A stretch of 63,089 bases of DNA, filler included. It is 5 parts of 5 records of this genome, joined end to end, with 100 filler letters (N's around TTAATTAATTAA, not from the genome) between each part and the next. Parts side by side here need not be neighbours in the genome. Positions count along the whole stretch, not along the records: positions 18,575 to 37,543 come from SRR31156797_2576; 4 more parts are not named here. The stretch is one strand, 5' to 3'. The notes below the pieces were generated by a model that saw only the letters and a list, made by a program, of their open reading frames with translations, was not told where the DNA came from and made no database searches. The position numbers and the translations under genes are program-made. Below are positions 29,055 through 37,212 of this stretch, in pieces; the first letter of the stretch is position 1; each line of letters starts with the position of its first letter.

Positions 29055-29277
29055 AACGAATTTTGTTCGTGCCGATCGCAAAAATAAGCCGGCTAATAGT
29101 GCTTATTGAGGGTTGGCCATAGCCGATCTGATCAAGCTTCAGGAGAATTTTTAATTTCCTGCCGAATAAAATTCAAAATCGGGCTTTGCCCGACACATTG
29201 AAACGTAGCCTTAAGCGGAGTGACCCGGCCCCGGTTCTTTTACCCAGAAGGGGCCATAATTATAAAGGAGTGAAATT

Positions 29278-31239
29278 ATGAAAGCAGTCAAAAATTATTT
29301 AATTTATGCCCTTTTTGTTTCTGCCATTGTGCTTGCTTTGTTTTCTGCCTTTGTATGCCTTGATTGCCCCTCGGCGCATGCTAACGAGGAGGATGGAGTT
29401 TTGCTTGAACTGACAAAACCCATCATTGTTAAACCTCCTGAAGATCAGTCGCGGAACAGTCAAGCCGTTTTTGCTGACCTTCAGGAGGATGCGGTTAAGC
29501 TCGGCTTGGATCGTATTTCTATTATGGGGTCAATTTCTTATAAAAAGAAGGGTACCAAGAAAATCAACAGCAAGGATGTTGATTTCTATGTTGTGAATAT
29601 CACATGGCATTCACTCGCCAGTGATTCAAAAACTGAATCCATATCACCTCCGCTTAAATCTGCATTGCAGACAGGCGATAAACGAATAGAAGTAGGGCAA
29701 GAGGTTTGGGCGCGCGGACACCTTCAGGCCCTGAAAAGTGCGCTTCAGCGACTTAAAACCGAAAAGAAAAAGCAGGACTCACCACAGATTAAAGAGGAAG
29801 ACACAGACACCAGCTCAACCGGATCAACTGTTTCTGATCTTGGCAGCGGCAATTCTGGTTCATGGTGGGATTCTTCTGATTCTGGGTCTTCCTCTTCTGA
29901 TAGCAAAGAAGCCACAACAACGGCTGCTGTTAATACCCTTGTTGAACCTTGTCCCGACTTTGTAGACGAAAACGTTTTAAAAGTTTTTGAACAGACTAAA
30001 AAAACAGTCGGTACAACAGCTGGTGTCTGCACTAATACCGGGACGGAATATAAAATTCAAAAGGAAACCGGGATTTGTGGTATCCAGTTCGATTTTGAAA
30101 CAGGCAAAGCCTACAAAATGGAACAATGGTATTATCTCCGTGGAACCGGAGGGAATCAGACTGAAGGAGGCCAGACCCAAAAAATCAATATTGGTGGATG
30201 CCGTAAATCTGAGACAGATTACAGTCTGTATGAAACTGAGAATAGTTGCACCCCGACCATTACCGAGGATCAGGTTATTCCTTTGTACCGTATGGCCTAC
30301 AAGAACAGTGAAGGCAATGAAAAATTTGCTTCAGAGTGTGCCGCTAAAGACGGGGAGCCTATCGCTCTTCAGGTTGAGTATTGTGGATACGATCACGATA
30401 AAATCAACAATGTTTCCTATGCAACTGGACGTAAATATTACGTCAAAAATGATGAAAAAATTTATGTCGGTGAATGCCTCCGGTTGACCGACAAAAGTTT
30501 TCCTCATGAGTTTGAAGAAACTGGCTGGGCCATGAATGACGATGAAAAATATGGTCAAATAATGGCAAAACGTTTTTTCTTTCTTAATGCGACAAAAAAA
30601 CAATTTGTTTCAAATGATTCTGAACCCCACGGTGTCCCGATTGCATATCTTGTTAATGCAACGTTTGAAAAAAAGTTTCAGACTGCAAAAAATGCTAACT
30701 TTACCGCTCCTGCATCAGGCACGTATAATTTAACTTTAATCGGTAGTGGTGATGCTACGGGCTATTCTTCTAATGGTTTTTTTAAAAACACATTCGTTTA
30801 TCTGTCAGCAGACACAGACTATTTAATTGAGATTGGGCGGAATAGTACCAACACTAAAATTTTCCAAGATTCTCAATTAATAGCTAGTTCAGAAGGTGGA
30901 CACAATGACTCAGGCCCCCCATATATTGTAAATAACACACCTAATGGTTTTCAAGGTGCAACAGGTTATACGAACTATCCAACCCTTGATGGATACGAAA
31001 CCGCAAAATCTCCATATTATGAATTGTTGTCTGGTAGTTGGGGTTGGTATTCTTGTTCGGCTCGTCCTAACGGTGCAGGTTATGGTGGTGGTTTTGGTAG
31101 TCTTGTTTGTAATACTGCGGAAATCAGTCGCAGTGATAAATTTAAATATCACCCCGGTATTGGTGGTTCTGGTTTTTTTGAAGCTCTTTGGATGGCTATT
31201 AAATATGTCCGCCCTGATGGATCTATTTATTCTGAATAA
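29278..31239 (+). CDS. Exported Cys-repeat protein with C-terminal Gly-rich domain (adhesin-like), function unknown
   Basis: AAGGAG RBS; signal peptide; Ser-rich linker; 4-5 repeats of about 45 aa with Cys pairs; FTAPASGTYNLTLIGSG...GAGYGGG...GIGGSG. Confidence 0.75.
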   Translation: MKAVKNYLIYALFVSAIVLALFSAFVCLDCPSAHANEEDGVLLELTKPIIVKPPEDQSRNSQAVFADLQEDAVKLGLDRISIMGSISYKKKGTKKINSKDVDFYVVNITWHSLASDSKTESISPPLKSALQTGDKRIEVGQEVWARGHLQALKSALQRLKTEKKKQDSPQIKEEDTDTSSTGSTVSDLGSGNSGSWWDSSDSGSSSSDSKEATTTAAVNTLVEPCPDFVDENVLKVFEQTKKTVGTTAGVCTNTGTEYKIQKETGICGIQFDFETGKAYKMEQWYYLRGTGGNQTEGGQTQKINIGGCRKSETDYSLYETENSCTPTITEDQVIPLYRMAYKNSEGNEKFASECAAKDGEPIALQVEYCGYDHDKINNVSYATGRKYYVKNDEKIYVGECLRLTDKSFPHEFEETGWAMNDDEKYGQIMAKRFFFLNATKKQFVSNDSEPHGVPIAYLVNATFEKKFQTAKNANFTAPASGTYNLTLIGSGDATGYSSNGFFKNTFVYLSADTDYLIEIGRNSTNTKIFQDSQLIASSEGGHNDSGPPYIVNNTPNGFQGATGYTNYPTLDGYETAKSPYYELLSGSWGWYSCSARPNGAGYGGGFGSLVCNTAEISRSDKFKYHPGIGGSGFFEALWMAIKYVRPDGSIYSE

Positions 31240-31244
31240 TTATA

Positions 31245-31284
31245 AGCCGAGTTGGAGCAATGCGCCCCAGCTCGGCTATTTTTT
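31245..31284 (+). terminator. Terminator-like hairpin between the adhesin-like gene and virB11
   Basis: AGCCGAGTTGG...CCAGCTCGGCT followed by ATTTTTT; the virB11 RBS follows immediately. Confidence 0.65.
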
Positions 31285-31295
31285 GGAGTTTATAT

Positions 31296-32201
31296 ATGGC
31301 TATTTCTGCACTCTTAAAAAATTCACTTAAGCCCTTTGAAAAGTATTTCAAAATCAAAGGAGCTAAAGAAATTTCTATCAATAAGCCGGGAGAGGTTTGG
31401 ATAGAAACCTATGACGGGTGGACTGTAAAGAAAGAACCTGAATTTACGCTGGAATTTTTGCAAAGATTTGCAAAACATTTAGCAACTGAAGTGGGCAAAA
31501 CATATAATTTAGAGAATCCAATTATATCAACTTCTATTCCTCCTTATGGATACAGAATTATGATTATTGGATTCGACAATTGTATATCACAATTTGGTTG
31601 CTCAATAAGAATAGGAAAAGCTGAAAGGTATCCTATTAAATCTTATTTTGGTGGAGATAAGAAAAAAGCTGATAAATTCATAGAACATTTAGCTGGTAAT
31701 ACTTCTATGCTTATTTCGGGTGGTACAGGATCAGGTAAGACAACCTTTATGAATAGTCTTCTTGTTCACATTCCTCACGATCAACGAGTTATTACAATTG
31801 AGGATTCAGCTGAATTAATTGTTGATCAACCTAATTGTCTAGGTCTGCTGAAACATAAATTTGGAACAAATATTTCTTACAGCATGATTCTTGATTGCGT
31901 CCGGCGCTTACGTCCAGACAAAATACTTTTAGGTGAAATGGATAGCGATAATGCTTTTTCATTTTTAGATGCTGCAAACTCTGGGCACGGTGGATCTCTT
32001 ACAACCATTCATGCATCTAGTCCTGTTCTTGCCGCTCATGCACTGGCTTCAAAGGTAAGCGAAAGCAAAGACGGTTTAGACGAAAAAGGGGCTTTAAAAA
32101 AGGTTGTACAAACAATTGATGTGATTGCTCAAATTTATAATGACCGGAAAAAAAATACTTATTCAATTGAATATGAATTTGTTAATGAAATGGGGTTATA
32201 A
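31296..32201 (+). CDS. virB11: VirB11 ATPase
   Basis: Likely start MAISALL (31296); EISINKPGEVW, SGGTGSGKTT, ITIEDSAEL, LRPDKILLGE, SGHGGSLTTIHA. Confidence 0.95.
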   Translation: MAISALLKNSLKPFEKYFKIKGAKEISINKPGEVWIETYDGWTVKKEPEFTLEFLQRFAKHLATEVGKTYNLENPIISTSIPPYGYRIMIIGFDNCISQFGCSIRIGKAERYPIKSYFGGDKKKADKFIEHLAGNTSMLISGGTGSGKTTFMNSLLVHIPHDQRVITIEDSAELIVDQPNCLGLLKHKFGTNISYSMILDCVRRLRPDKILLGEMDSDNAFSFLDAANSGHGGSLTTIHASSPVLAAHALASKVSESKDGLDEKGALKKVVQTIDVIAQIYNDRKKNTYSIEYEFVNEMGL

Positions 32202-33790
32202 TGAAAGCTTTAGTTCTTGATTTAATATTTGTCCTTCTGGTCTTGTTTGGCCTGATCTGTGGCTTGTATTTCGGTGGTGTTAATTTTCATCTGGGCATGA
32301 CCTTAAATGATTTTCCCGTATGGACATATAAGGCCGCCCTTTTCGCGCTGACACTATTAGCGGTTATGGTTTTGTTTAATCCTCTTCGTAAAGACAAAGA
32401 CCTTTACGGCGGGGCGCACTGGGCCACTGAAAGCGAAATCAAAAAAATGAAATTACGCACCGAGGATAATGGAATGATCCTCGGTGTACATAAAAATAAG
32501 TATCTGCGCATGGAAGAGCCTTTAAGCGTTCTTGTTTATGCGCCTCCCGGCTCCGGTAAGACAGCGGCTATTATCATCCCCTCACTAATTGCATCGGGCA
32601 ATAGTGTTATTGTCCATGATCCCAAAGGTGAGCTTTACGATAAGACCGGAGCGCACCGGGGAGAATTTAGCAATGTAATCAAATTTGCCCCGGCTGAAAG
32701 TGGCTCTTGTCAGTGGAACCCACTTTCAAGAAAGGAACTGCCGGAAAAATGGTCTGACCCTGAAGCAACCGAAGCAGAGAAAGAAAAAAGTTGGTCACAA
32801 ATTGAAGTTCATGTTTCCCGACTTGCAGCGGCACAGCTCCCTTTGCCCAAATCAGGCCCAGAACATTGGATGCGTAACGCTAGAACACTTTTTGAATTTT
32901 GGACTTTGTACCTGATACATAAGAACGGAGAAACTTCTATACCTGAAATGCTGAAAACGTCACTTGATGGTGATACCCGTGAATTGATTGAAGCTGTTCT
33001 TGATGAAGGTGACGAGCTGCCGGAAAAAGTTCGGTTATACGCTAATGGTCTTATGTCTAAAGCTGATCAGGAATTTGGTTCTATATTTTCGACTTTTCAG
33101 AGTTCATTAGAGGTTTTTTTAGATCCTTATGTATCTGAAAATTTGTCTTCCTCTGATTTTTGTTTTTCGGATCTCCGGAAGGAATGCACATCTATCTATC
33201 TCATGGTTGCAAACCATGATCAGGGACGACTTAGAACGCTGTTAGCGACCTTCTTTGAAGTTGCTACGGTGTGCCTGATTTCCAAGGAACCAGAGGAAAA
33301 GGATTGTTCTGTTACTCTTTATCTTGATGAGTTTGTAAGACTCGGCAAAATGGAGGAAGTTATCAACCTTCCGGCTATTTCCCGTTCATATCGGGCTAAC
33401 ACTGTATATGTAGTTCAGAGCGTAAACCAGCTTGACGATATATACACGCCTTCAGGAGCTGAGAAGCTACGCCAAGCATGCGCGTATCTTTGTGTGTTCG
33501 CCCAGAACGAACCCAAGTTCGCTAAAAATATTAGCGAGTCCATAGGAAACAAGACCCGCAAGAAGCGTTCTAAATCACAGCAGGATGTAAAAATATTTGG
33601 TTCTGAATCCGTTAGTGATGAGGGTGTACCGCTGATTCTTCCGCAGCAAATACAATCATTGCAGTTCGGCAAGCTGCTTGTGCTTGCCCAGAACAACTTT
33701 GAAAATCCCGTGCTTGCTGACGCTGCTTTTTGGTTTAAAGATCCTGTTGTTAAACCCTATGTAGAGAAATGCTTAAATTCTCATGCTTAA
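32201..33790 (+). CDS. virD4: VirD4/TraG type IV coupling protein
   Basis: Two N-terminal TMs, YGGAHWA, APPGSGKT, HDPKGEL, WNPL, LDEF, VQSVNQL. Confidence 0.95.
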   Translation: MKALVLDLIFVLLVLFGLICGLYFGGVNFHLGMTLNDFPVWTYKAALFALTLLAVMVLFNPLRKDKDLYGGAHWATESEIKKMKLRTEDNGMILGVHKNKYLRMEEPLSVLVYAPPGSGKTAAIIIPSLIASGNSVIVHDPKGELYDKTGAHRGEFSNVIKFAPAESGSCQWNPLSRKELPEKWSDPEATEAEKEKSWSQIEVHVSRLAAAQLPLPKSGPEHWMRNARTLFEFWTLYLIHKNGETSIPEMLKTSLDGDTRELIEAVLDEGDELPEKVRLYANGLMSKADQEFGSIFSTFQSSLEVFLDPYVSENLSSSDFCFSDLRKECTSIYLMVANHDQGRLRTLLATFFEVATVCLISKEPEEKDCSVTLYLDEFVRLGKMEEVINLPAISRSYRANTVYVVQSVNQLDDIYTPSGAEKLRQACAYLCVFAQNEPKFAKNISESIGNKTRKKRSKSQQDVKIFGSESVSDEGVPLILPQQIQSLQFGKLLVLAQNNFENPVLADAAFWFKDPVVKPYVEKCLNSHA

Positions 33791-34266
33791 CGCTGTTGTT
33801 AGTCCTATGCTCTTCAGTATGCTTTGCTGACGAGCTGGGCTTTCAGGCAGCCGCTAAAATGTACCGTGTTGATTCGTTCAAACTCCGTGCTATTTCTTAT
33901 GTCGAATCAAGGCATAATCCTAAAGCTGTGAACCGGAATAAAAATGGCTCCAAGGATCTCGGACACATGCAAATCAATAATAAGGTGTGGTCTAAATCCC
34001 TTGATGGTCACTATGAGCAACTAGACGATTTTCCGAAGTACTGCACACAAGTCGGCGCGTGGATCTTCCGGCAGTGCGCGGATAGATACCCTGCTAGTGT
34101 TTGGGACCAGTTTGCATGTTATCATGCCGGAATTGGATACACTGACGCTAAACGCCTAGTCGTTACCGACCCCGGCAACCGGGAAAAGTGGAAGAAGAAA
34201 GAAAGGCTCGGCTTGATCTATGCCAACAAGATTTATAGAGCTATGAAGATTTTGAATGGTCAATAA
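33769..34266 (+). CDS. Lytic transglycosylase (VirB1/TrbN-like)
   Basis: AISYVES (catalytic Glu), AVNRNKNGSKDLGHMQIN, ACYHAG. Confidence 0.9.
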   Translation: MLKFSCLTLLLVLCSSVCFADELGFQAAAKMYRVDSFKLRAISYVESRHNPKAVNRNKNGSKDLGHMQINNKVWSKSLDGHYEQLDDFPKYCTQVGAWIFRQCADRYPASVWDQFACYHAGIGYTDAKRLVVTDPGNREKWKKKERLGLIYANKIYRAMKILNGQ

Positions 34267-34435
34267 AATGTTCGGACTATGGAATCTGAATAAAGTTCTA
34301 AAAAGGCGTTGCCGGTCGATATGGTTTTATGAACTTTATTCGGTACAAGTTCAATTTTCATGCTTCAGCTCGTGCGGATCTGATCAGGCCGGGAGTCCAT
34401 GCCCCCCTCATCGAGGAGTTACCGAGACTCATAAC

Positions 34436-34491
34436 AGAAGAAAGTTCGTAAAAAGGTGGTGCCAGGGCAACCCTTTTACGAACTTTCTTCT
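34436..34491. terminator. Long hairpin, probable bidirectional terminator between convergent units
   Basis: Perfect 18-bp inverted repeat AGAAGAAAGTTCGTAAAA (34436-34453) / TTTTACGAACTTTCTTCT (34474-34491). Confidence 0.75.
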
Positions 34492-34508
34492 TTCTTAAAT
34501 TTAACAAT

Positions 34509-34829
34509 CTACTGGACTAAAGCGCATTCTATTTTTGTTTTTCCAGCTTTCCGATTAGCATAAGACTTTTGAGCATCCCGTTTAAGTTGAACTTGATAAA
34601 GTTTGTTCGCAAATTTTTCTATCTCAATTTTAGTTATCTTTTCATCTGATAAAATTTCTTTGTATAATTCCAGAAGTTCAAAGTATACTTTGTACTCTTT
34701 TTTATATTCTTTGATTTTTTGGTTTAGCTCGGCATTCGTTACGACTTTGGAATCATCACAGTGTGCAAGCATTGGATTGCTAAAGCCAGCGAGAACAATC
34801 AAACTGAGCGTGAGTATTAATTTTTTCAT
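34509..34829 (-). CDS. Small secreted helical hypothetical protein
   Basis: Start MKKLILTL (ATG 34829) with AAGGA RBS; signal peptide. Confidence 0.7.
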   Translation of the reverse strand: MKKLILTLSLIVLAGFSNPMLAHCDDSKVVTNAELNQKIKEYKKEYKVYFELLELYKEILSDEKITKIEIEKFANKLYQVQLKRDAQKSYANRKAGKTKIECALVQ

Positions 34830-34998
34830 TTTTCCTTTCTTTTGTTTATTCCCCGTTCCCACATGAATTTTGATTTTTTATTTGTATTAAAGCGAGGGTA
34901 GAAATTTAGTTCTTCACCCTCCCCCGCTAATCCTTAAATATTTGACATATCCGCTAAGAGGTTTTGTCTAATCTGTTGCTGCATGGCTTCATTGTCGT

Positions 34999-35027
34999 CC
35001 TCTCCCATCCAGCGCACCGCGGCAGCT
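34999..35027. repeat. 29-bp direct repeat, copy 1
   Basis: CCTCTCCCATCCAGCGCACCGCGGCAGCT; one mismatch to 35465-35493. Confidence 0.9.
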
Positions 35028-35337
35028 AGTCAGCAACCGATTTACGCATTTGATTAAGCTGTTTTGACTTGTCGATTTGCTTAATACGCTCGAAAAAGGG
35101 CCTTACATCGTCAAGTCTAACTTCATCGTTGGCGATAGCTTTTTTATACAATGCTTTCAGTTCTGGGTGTTCAGGGCTGTAATCAGCATACAATTTATCA
35201 ATTTCCTGCAAGACTTCTGTAGCCATTACGGGATTCCTTGAGTCATCGAATTGTTTTTCCAATTCGTAGTAACCTTTAAAGGTAGTCGGAATAGCTACGA
35301 TGATGAAAACAAGGAGAAGTGCTATTTTAATGTTCAT
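35026..35337 (-). CDS. Small N-terminally anchored hypothetical protein
   Basis: Start MNIKIALL (ATG 35337) with GGAG RBS; one TM/signal segment, helical body. Confidence 0.7.
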   Translation of the reverse strand: MNIKIALLLVFIIVAIPTTFKGYYELEKQFDDSRNPVMATEVLQEIDKLYADYSPEHPELKALYKKAIANDEVRLDDVRPFFERIKQIDKSKQLNQMRKSVAD

Positions 35338-35464
35338 TTTTAGCTCCATTTTTATTTGTGTCACAAACGGCACCTATTCCGGTGTCGTACCTGATTTGTT
35401 TCTAAATCCCCCCTTTGAGGCTTCAGCCGAAAAGGGGGGATAAAATTTTCACTCGCTTCGTGTC

Positions 35465-35493
35465 CCTCTCCCATCCAGCGCACCGCGCCAGCT
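35465..35493. repeat. 29-bp direct repeat, copy 2
   Basis: CCTCTCCCATCCAGCGCACCGCGCCAGCT. Confidence 0.9.
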
Positions 35494-35505
35494 CCGGCAA
35501 CATTC

Positions 35506-35778
35506 TTAGTGAGTTGAAATGTAATCTGCGAAGTGAAACATAAAGCCCAGCATCATTGCTGCAACCACGAATGCAAGAGACAAAGCAATGTCTTGACGAA
35601 GTCTTCGTTTAAATCCCATCAGCACCCCAGCCGGAAGGGGACATATGAATAAAAACCAAGCATACGGATAGCCGCTTGATTTGATAGATGGGTAGCATAG
35701 TGTAAATGCTGCTAAAAACATGGAAGAGGCAAAACCAGCTATCACTAGTTCCCTGCTATATTTCTTTAAAGTTTTCAT
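35506..35778 (-). CDS. Small three-TM hypothetical membrane protein
   Basis: Start MKTLKKYS (ATG 35778) with GAGG RBS; three hydrophobic segments. Confidence 0.7.
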   Translation of the reverse strand: MKTLKKYSRELVIAGFASSMFLAAFTLCYPSIKSSGYPYAWFLFICPLPAGVLMGFKRRLRQDIALSLAFVVAAMMLGFMFHFADYISTH

Positions 35779-36258
35779 TTTAAGCCTCATTTTCATTTGT
35801 GCCACGTTCCGCACCTGTTGGTGATGATTCGTGTGTTGGCTGTATAATTCCCCCCTGCTTTAGCAGGGGTCTTGCCTCTGATAATGTTTTTGCCATTGAA
35901 TAGACCGGAGTAATTTCCGCCATTTAGACGAAAAATTAAGGTTGAAGTTTACTTAACACCCGCTTTGTGTCCCATCTTGCGTGTTACGCGCCTTCCCGGT
36001 AGCATAACTATGCTATTTTAGGGAATATTTTTTGAAACTTTCTTCCCTTTTTTTGATGAAAATCAAAAATCAGCCCAGAAGCTCGATACCGTGCGCGACC
36101 TTTAAGTATGGATGAAATACATGTTCAGCTATCAGGGTCACTTATATTAAGAGCCGGATTTGCCCGTGTCGAGAATCGCCGTAGATGCGTTTTTGAGTGC
36201 TGCGGCAACCTCGGCCTTCAGAAAATCGTCTTAATCGCTTCTGAAGGCCGCTACGAAG

Positions 36259-36540
36259 TTATTCGCCTCTCATCAGCCCTTCATCGTCTTCATCGCAGGC
36301 CCCACACCCTCCATCAAAAAATCCACCGGAAATCACAGCGAGAATAAGATTTCTACTTCTGGGGTTATCCACATCGTCATTGAAACGCAGGGTTCCGGTC
36401 CCTGATCCTCCAAAAATTTCAATCCCCATAACCTCGGCCTCTTTCGCGGCCTTGGATATCCTACGCGCTATGGATTCAATCTTCTTGATTTGCTCGTCAT
36501 TGAATCCGGCGGCGCGACATTCATCTATATTGATTGACAT
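36259..36540 (-). CDS. Hypothetical protein (mobile-element type)
   Basis: Likely start MSINIDEC (ATG 36540) with GAGGTG RBS; follows the upstream ORF by 13 bp. Confidence 0.65.
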   Translation of the reverse strand: MSINIDECRAAGFNDEQIKKIESIARRISKAAKEAEVMGIEIFGGSGTGTLRFNDDVDNPRSRNLILAVISGGFFDGGCGACDEDDEGLMRGE

Positions 36541-36553
36541 ACGTGCACCTCTT

Positions 36554-36811
36554 TTAACCAGAGGTTGATTCAACGGCATTTGGAAAAATAAGATCCTCTC
36601 CAAAGTCGGCTCCTACTGCGTCCGCTGCTGGCCCGAAGTCCGCACTACGATGATTCATCATGTAATCATGAATCTCGTCAAACTTCTCCACGTTGAACAA
36701 GGAAACCGTAGGATCTCCAATTGTATAAAAGCCAATGCGCTTGCTGGGGCATTCCTTCAGAAGCTTGTTGACCTTGTTCACCCATGCCTTTTCTGCTTTA
36801 GTTAATTCCAT
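36554..36811 (-). CDS. Hypothetical protein (phage/plasmid type)
   Basis: 85 aa, AGGAG RBS, protein-like composition (MELTKAEKAWV...CPSKRIGFYTIGD). Confidence 0.7.
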   Translation of the reverse strand: MELTKAEKAWVNKVNKLLKECPSKRIGFYTIGDPTVSLFNVEKFDEIHDYMMNHRSADFGPAADAVGADFGEDLIFPNAVESTSG

Positions 36812-36894
36812 TATCTTCTCCTAACTCTGAAGTTTACTTATTGCCCGATCTGAGCGGTACAGGGGCGTGCTACTCGGAACCGCCCATATCATGA

Positions 36895-37131
36895 TTATTT
36901 GGATTCAGGCTTAATATTTTTTCCCGGCTCTACTTCACCATCAATAACCTTTTTATAAAAATGAGCTTGAGAAGTATTAGAGACACACTTGTAAAGGTCT
37001 TTTGCTTGTTTCAAATAAAGTTTTGCCTTGAGAAAAAATATGAATGAAATAAGAAGGCAAATTATTGAAATAACTCCTATAACCATAATGTGTATGGCGT
37101 AAGGATTTTTCTCTACTATTAAAACATCCAT
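36895..37131 (-). CDS. Small single-TM hypothetical protein
   Basis: AGGAGG RBS, one hydrophobic helix. Confidence 0.6.
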   Translation of the reverse strand: MDVLIVEKNPYAIHIMVIGVISIICLLISFIFFLKAKLYLKQAKDLYKCVSNTSQAHFYKKVIDGEVEPGKNIKPESK

Positions 37132-37212
37132 TTTGGCACCTCCTGCCGGAACCCGCGGTGACGGGGTGGTTGATTTTGGTTCAAGCTTCCATGCGCCGGG
37201 GGGTTATTCTCT

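Noticed and set aside
29055-29255. Known ribozyme (hammerhead, twister, pistol) or riboswitch
   Set aside because: Only short partial matches; full conserved cores not found by eye, so it is kept as an unnamed candidate.
30570-31239. Diversity-generating retroelement or shufflon acting on the adhesin-like tip
   Set aside because: No reverse transcriptase, template repeat, invertase or alternative 3' ends seen on this contig.
34256-34498. 80-aa ORF after the transglycosylase
   Set aside because: Overlies the structured element and the 18-bp inverted repeat; no protein-like features.
34999-35493. 29-bp repeats as a CRISPR array
   Set aside because: Only two copies, 466 bp apart with a whole gene between them; no cas genes.
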